A stretch of 64,000 nt of DNA from assembly GCA_964016885.1 (NCBI GenBank), contig OZ024746.1, positions 46,810,001 to 46,874,000 of the forward strand, given 5' to 3'. The notes beneath the pieces were generated by a model. It saw only the letters and a list, made by a program, of their open reading frames with translations, was not told the origin of the DNA and did no database searches. The DNA comes from Eledone cirrhosa. Its lineage: Eukaryota. The position numbers and the translations under genes were made by a program. Shown piece by piece: positions 57,201 to 64,000 of this stretch (position 1 is the stretch's first letter; each line of letters starts with the position of its first letter).

Positions 57201-57608
57201 GGTCTGAGACTTGGACACTGACCAAGAGACTCACTCAGATGGTGGATGGGTGCTACACGAGAATGCTGAGGATGGCTCTGAACATTAATCAGTATACACT
57301 GAGGATGAAAAACTCAGAGCTGTATGGGAGCATCCCAAAAGTCAGCTCAAAAGTGACACAGAGGAGACTGAGGTTGGCTGGACATGCTCACCGACATCCA
57401 GAGTTGACATTGCACTCAGTGCTCCTTTGGGAGCCCCTGCATGGACACACTAGAAGAGGAAGACCAAGGTTAACATATGTTGATGCCCTAAGGACAGACA
57501 CTGGTCTGTTGGAGATGCAGGATATGGCAGCGATAATGAGGGACAGAGACCGCTGGAGAGAACTCGTCCATGGATCTCGGGAATTTTACCCGCCTTAGAT
57601 AGATAGAT
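54288..57608 (+). mobile_element. Near full-length RTE-clade LINE with frameshifts and a (TAGA) tail
   Basis: A single APE-RT gene is split over 54463-55140, 55225-55752 and 55619-57598. The stop codon runs into TAGATAGATAGA. Confidence 0.9.
54463..57598 (+). pseudogene. Disrupted RTE APE endonuclease-reverse transcriptase
   Basis: GTLNVRT, ILAIQE, SAYSPT, QIDFIL, SDH, YRGISL, DFRKAFDSV, GVLQGDTLAP, FADD, LLYGSETW, RLAGH, RGRPRLTY. At least two frameshifts. Confidence 0.9.
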
Positions 57609-59019
57609 ATATAGGTGTGTGTGTTGTGTGTGTGTGTTTGTTTGTGTGTGTGCGTGTGTGTGTGTGCGTGCGTGTGTCTGCGTGTGTGTGTGCGTGTATG
57701 TGCGTCCGTATTTACATACACACATAGAGTAAACATAATTATTGGACAAGCATAATTAAAAGAGAACACAATGAAATAGAGCTGAAATATATATATTATT
57801 GCGGAAAAATACTTGTTAAAAACAACTACTCCTCAGAGTTTCTCCTAGTATATTTGTTCAGAATGTCTTTATATAATTTATATTCAAGAACTTGGTCGTT
57901 GTAAAACTCGTTTTATGGAACAGTGAGTAAAAAGAGATTATGATGTAAAGGATTTGGCTTTGGAAAACAGTTTTTCTATCAAGGTATGAACATTTCTTTT
58001 GGTCAAACTATAGTCACACAGCTGAAAATGTTGTTCGTAAATTCAGCTGTTTCTTACCATTGTAAGTATTTGTAGCACAGATTTCAGATCACCTACGATA
58101 AATTATGGGTTACATCGGTTTTTCATGGTGTTGTAGGCCTTATAAAATAACTAGTGAAATCCTGTTAAAGAAATGATAATGTATTTAGAGAGATAGTACA
58201 AGAAAACACATACATACTGTTCTCTCCTTGGAATATTCCTTTATAAAAAAAATTTCCTTTCGCCTTTTGTATAAGTATTAAAGTTTCCACCAAGTCCTTG
58301 TAAAATTTTCTATGGTAACAACAAGTGTAGATAGTTCTGTCATGTTGAGTAATTTTAGCAACTTTGAATGGGGAATAATATCGAATGCAATTCACTTAAC
58401 AATCCAAACTGACACAATGTTTCTGTAGTGTTTAATTATTCGAAATAGCACAGTTTTATCTAGCAAAGTTGTTCGGAGCTCTCACCACTTTCCCTTCTTT
58501 CCGTTTCGTCGGATTCACAATAAGTCCTGGGGGAATTGTTTAAGTCAGCTTCAGCATAATGTTTAGGTAAACAATGTGCTTATAGTGTCTGCCAAATCCT
58601 TGATTTTATTCTTGGCTACAATATTTGATTAAGCTACGGCAAGTCAATTTGGTATATCAATATGACCTTCCATAATTATTTAGCATATACATATTAGTGA
58701 TGTTTAGTAGAATATCAACATTTTGAATCAATTATCCAGCTATTACCTTCCTTCCTGAAGTCATCCCATAATGGAACTTACCCACAACTTCTTTGAAACT
58801 TTCAGAGTTTATATTATGAGTTTATTCTTTTGGTGTTTGTACAGACTTCTTCCTTCGTTGATTCTAAATATGATGCATTTTAATGTCAACTATTCCATAC
58901 TTTAGGATAAAATGATCGTATATATGCATACATGAACGTACGTGTATACATACGTATGTACATATGTACGTATATATGCATGTGCGTGTGTAAATATGTA
59001 TGTACATATGTCTGTATAT

Positions 59020-62000
59020 TCTTCTGGTTTTATAATTTCACAAAGTTTTACCAATAGAGAGAGAGTCGGTTTCTAACATAGACATAAGACTCTCTCATTG
59101 GAATTTACACAACATCAACTAGGTAGGTATGTATGTATGCATGTGTAGATATGGATGCTATTGTATGTGTGGATGTCTATGTTTTGAGTTGTATGTGTAC
59201 ATGTGTATATGCTTTGCATCAGTATATGTGTCTATGCAGTTATTAGATGCAACATTTTTGGAATGTTTTACATATTTTTACTGTTCCATTAATGGATTGT
59301 ACTTGTAATTTCCTAACTAGTTGTGTTCTTTCTGTTCCTGTGAAGCCTAGCTTCTCAAGATTTGTATTGAGGCAGTTACTAACATATCCCAGTGCCCCAA
59401 TAATCACAGGCATAAATCTGAAGGTGTAATCAGGGTGGATTATCTGCAGATTTCTCATCAGTATAATGTTCTCCTTTTCACTAATATATGATATTATATT
59501 GGCATCTGCTGGGCAGCTAATTTCCACTACTGTGCATGCTTTCTTCTCCCTGTCCCATATCATAATATCTGGTCTGTTATGCCTGCATTTTATTGGGGTT
59601 TTTACTGGAACATTCCACCAGTACTCTTTCATATTATGTACATGGATGTCTTCCACATTGCTGTAGCTTTTAATGTGTTTATTATCGGGGCTATCTTTTT
59701 TACGAACTGCATTGTACAGTGTTTTGGCCACTACATCGTGCCTCATCGGTAGATAGTACGCGATGACATCTTTGGACAGCTGCTGATGACATGGGTGATA
59801 TCCTCGATGTTAGTTTTGCAAAGTCTGCACTTGTTATCACATCTAGGTGTTTTGCCTGCATCCCTATCTCTTTTGTGAATCAGGTATTTCGTGCTAATCT
59901 CCTGTCCCTGGATTGCAAAAGCGTATCCTTCAAAGTGGGAGCCAATATAGTGGTTGTTGGTCCAAGATGGACTACTTTCCTTATCTATATTACTCTCACT
60001 TTTGAGCTTACTGGCAACATATCCATACATGATTTTATGCTGATAGGCATGCAGTTTTTCATCCATGGATTCACTGCGATACTGCTGAGCGACATCCCTG
60101 GGTGTGAGTTTTTGATTATCACACAGGGAATATCTCTCATGGAGTTCCTTCCCAACTCTCATGATATTATCTGTTTCATGCAGATAGACTTGCTCGAGAA
60201 GCGGGCTGCTACGCTTCGAGGTTCGTAGATGTTGTCGGAGAGATATGATGCGACATTCAAATGTTGTCTGGACTGATGTTAGGCCCTTGTCTCCCTGCTT
60301 ACGTTTCAAGTAAAGGCGGTCTATGTCACTGTTGATGTGGAAGTTTCCGGTGTTGTTCAGTATTTTTCGAGTTCCAACATCAACTGCTCGGATTTTGTCT
60401 ATCGTCCAATTGAGTATTCCAAACGTTGGTGTTAGGACAGGAACAGCAAACACATTGTGAGCCACTGTTTTGTTTTGCGCAGAGAGTTCCGATGACCAGA
60501 TCTTTCTTAATCGGGGTAGTAATCGGTTACGCGTTCTTTATTACAGATACCATTATAGGATATGTTCTCATCTATCCCCAGGTATCTGTAGCAGACCTCA
60601 TCAGATATCGGTGAAACAGTTAGACCATTGATGACAATGTTGCTAGATTGGGTTGTTGTTTTTCCCCGCTTTACAGTAATGTATGAGCATTTATCTTGGC
60701 CAAACTCCATTCCTATATCCTTTGAGAACGTTGTAACCAGGTCAAGATTTTTCTTCATCCCATCCATGTTCTTGGCATAGAATTTCAGATCGTCTACAAA
60801 GAAGTTATGGGTTAGGTTCGTACTTCTGTCCTCCTGTGAGCCAATGATGTATCCCTCACATTTCTTGAGCAGAAAGGACAAGGGGTTTAATGACAAGATG
60901 AACAATATCACAGAGAGACTGTCCCTCTCAAATATACCCCTGCAATATTTTATTTTATCAGTGAAAATAGAGTCCTCCCTCTCTGTCTTTAACCTTAGGA
61001 TAGTAGCCCAAGAAGAAGACAGCCTCTCTATGGCTCTGACAATAATGTCTGGGACTTTAGCAAGTTGGAGGGCCTCTATCATCCAAGAGTGGGGAACAGA
61101 ATCGAAAGCTTTCTTGTAGTCCAGCCAGAATGTAGTTATATTCCTCCTAAGTTGTCGCACCTCCGACATCGCAGTTTTGTTGATTAGGAGTTGTTCAGCA
61201 CATCCCCAAACCCTTTCTTTCCAGCTGCTTGTTCATCTGTGATGATGTTATTATTTTCACAGTGATCTTGGAGGAATAGGTTCAGGAAGGCTGTATACGT
61301 CTTATACATCAGGTTCTGGTATGCAATGCGTCGTTAGTTTTTTGCCAAGTGGGTGTCTTTGTTCTTGGGGACCAGTAACGTTTTTGCTAATGTCAACTTT
61401 TCTGGTATAAGTGTATCTCCCTTAAGAACTTGTTGGTAGAGGTCAGTAAGATACCTCCGATAGAATATTAGTTTTTTGTACCAGTAGCCGACAATCATGT
61501 CTCTTCCTGGTGTTTTCTTATCTTGGAGTTTTCCTATCACAGTCTCAAGGGTACCCTCACTTATTTCGTATGTTTTTGTTGTAGTGTAGGAGCAATAGTT
61601 CTTTCGGATTTCTCTTAGCCACACTGCATCTTGGTTGAAATTCTTCTTTTCACCCCATATTTTTCTCCAAAATGAATTTATGTCTTTCTGGGATGGGTCC
61701 TCAGTGACACTTATTATTTTGCCCTTCATATCTCTATAGACTGATGTTTGGTTTCGTCTGAATCTTTTATTAAGCATTTTTCTCTCATCTACCTTCTTCA
61801 GGTATCGGTATTTTTCGCTAACAGCTCTCAATTCTTGTTTGAGGGTGATTAGCTTATATTGGAGAGTTCTGGTTCTACTGTTACCAAACATCGTCTCTAT
61901 TTTATTTTTCACTCTTTGTTGGTGAGGAGTGAGGTTTTTTTGTGTTTGTTTGCATGTAAGGAGCATTGTAAATGTCCTATGTTTTTTCGTAGGTCAGCAC

Positions 62001-63050
62001 TCTTTTTTTCTATTTTAGTTATATATGATGGTATTTTTAGTGGTGTTTTGTTCTTGTTAATATCTCTGCTATCACCAAGATAATGCTTCACTGTCATTGC
62101 TAAGGCATATAAACAGGCGTTGATTTGCCAAAATGTTGGGCTTTTTATCCGTCGTAATTATTCATCCCCTATTTCGTCAATAACACGTATTATTTCATTA
62201 TTTGGTTTTTTATTCACCATTGTCATTTTAACACGTTCAGCCAGAGAGATATTTATACATGAGTTAATTTCTCTATGGAAGATTTCGTTGTGGGAAATTT
62301 TCAATTGTTTATACTTTTGATTATCATTATTGATAGTATTTTCCACAACAGTCGAGGTAGACTCGGATGGTATACGTGGTGTCACATTTATTCGATTATT
62401 ATTATTATTTCTTCGATTATTATTATTATCGATAGTGTTTTCCCCAGCATTCGAGGTAGACTTAGATGGTACAGTGTCAAGTTTCTTACAGGCATAGTTG
62501 TTTCAAGGTGCTGTTCGACCTGGCTGCTAGGAAGTCTAGTAGCATGGCGATGTGTAACACGTGTTGTTGATTCCATGTCTGTTGTGCAATTAATAATATT
62601 TATCTTATTTTTACGTTCAACAAACGTCGCTTGGCGTAATTATTTCGCTGTGAAATAATTTAGCTCTGGGTGCATTTCGTCCCAGTGTAGCTTCATTCTA
62701 TTCAAATAGCCAATGGAGGGATTGTTTTTTGCCATTTTATAACAATTAAATAAATCATTATTAAGTTCGCAACTCCAAGAGAAATGCTATTTATAATTTC
62801 GGTTTCTTCTGTAGCTACAACTAAATAAAGTTTGATTACCTTCTTTGTTATTTGTCTTCGATACTTCTTTAATTTTTTTGTTGATGTTGTGTTCAGCCAT
62901 GCTGTTTGTAGCAAATCCTTGTAAAATGAATTATGTATTTAGTCGGATATCTCTACGAATTGGGTGTCTTCAGAAGGGATAGTTAGAAGAACAACCAGTT
63001 ATTCAACCTGGCTGTAGTTGTGGCATTACTGTCGGAGATAGTATTCATCT
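59020..63050 (-). pseudogene. Decayed R4/Dong-like non-LTR element (RT plus restriction-like endonuclease)
   Basis: Fragments include KTPGRDMI, WLDYKKAFDSVPH, FVDD, YRYLGI, CRLC..EDITHVISSC, RHD and RPDIMIWD..VVEISCP. Many frameshifts. Both ends are approximate. Confidence 0.85.
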
Positions 63051-63110
63051 TAAATTTAATAAATAGTCTCCCACACCAAAATATGCGACTGATCGCTTTG
63101 ACTGATGGAT

Positions 63111-63187
63111 TATATGTGTATGTATGTATGTATGTATGTATGTATGTATGTATGTATGTATGTATGTATGTATGTATGTATGTATGT
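63111..63187. repeat. (TATG)n microsatellite
   Basis: Visible directly. Confidence 0.95.
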
Positions 63188-64000
63188 ACACCATGTTCCA
63201 ACAAAAGAACAAATTCAAAACCACATGGATGCATCCTGCATCTAAGGAATGGCATATTTTGGACTACGTCCTAGTCAGGATGCGTGACAGACAGGATGTG
63301 CAGTGTGTTCGTGCTCTTGGTGGAGCTGAGTGCTGGATGGACCACCGCCTGGTACGCGCAAAAGTGAAACTAATCACTAAACGTAAAATCCGGGCTCCTG
63401 GTGTTGTCCTGCCCAAAAGATTGAATGCTGCTCGTCTTAAGGATAAAAATGTGAAGAGGACATTGGAAGAAGAGATGCAGGCTGCAGATCTTGGTGAGGA
63501 TTGGCCGACCCTTAAAAAGTCGGTTTATGATGTAGGCAGGCGTGTTCTGGGATTGGTGCAGAGAAAACATCAGGACTTGTTTAATGAGAATGATGTACAT
63601 ATAGAAGACTTGTTGGCTGATAAGAGGCGTACTCTGTCACGCTACTTGACCGCAAAACCACAGGAGAGGAATACGTTGCATGAGGAACTCAAGGATGTAA
63701 AATCACGTGTTAGGCGGAGTCTTTCTCAGATGAAGGATCAGTGGTGGAGTGAGAAGGCTGGTGAGTTACAAACTGCGTCAGATTCCAATAACACAAAGCT
63801 GTTGTACAGTCTCTTGCGTGAGGTTTATGGAACGTCTTCTTCTCTGGTGACACCGCTTCGCAGCAAGATGGCAAAGAACTTCTTCGTGACTCACAAGGAA
63901 TTCTACGACGGTGGCGAGAGCACTTTGATGATCTTTTGAATCAGCCGTCTGTCGTCAGTGAAAATTTCCGCAATCTCATTCTAGAAAGTCCTGTGAAAGT
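63188..64000 (+). pseudogene. 5'-truncated RTE/BovB-like LINE fragment, running off the window edge
   Basis: KTTWMHPASKEWHILDYVLVR..DV..AECWMDHRLV is the typical RTE-BovB endonuclease C-terminus. There is a frameshift near 63865. Confidence 0.85.

Noticed and set aside
58350-58850. Possible piggyBac-like relic on the minus strand
   Set aside because: Only a vague Cys pattern with many stops; a profile search would be needed.

Overview
AT-rich eukaryotic repeat-dominated window with no confidently recognisable host gene. The SINE family and the very long (TA)n tracts suggest a cephalopod such as Octopus, which is an inference. Large retroelements: an apparently intact Tx1-clade LINE inserted in (TATC)n (7986-13676), two 5'-truncated Penelope-like elements (PLEs) with inverted 5' pLTR pieces (18385-20826, 21200-23990), a frameshifted RTE LINE (54288-57608), a decayed R4/Dong-like RLE element on the minus strand (59020-63050) and an RTE fragment at the right edge. 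There are also many tRNA-derived SINEs. The main unexplained structure is a 9.9 kb array of near-identical 310-bp units (43728-53645). Each unit carries a minimal type I hammerhead ribozyme and several hairpins. Nine ribozymes face left and 23 face right across a single inversion junction. This looks like a young, retrotransposed concatemer of a small circular RNA (non-LTR retrozyme-like). More than a dozen other canonical, variant or decayed hammerhead motifs lie in short non-coding PLE-like units next to (TA)n tracts. All RNA folds were read by eye, not computed.
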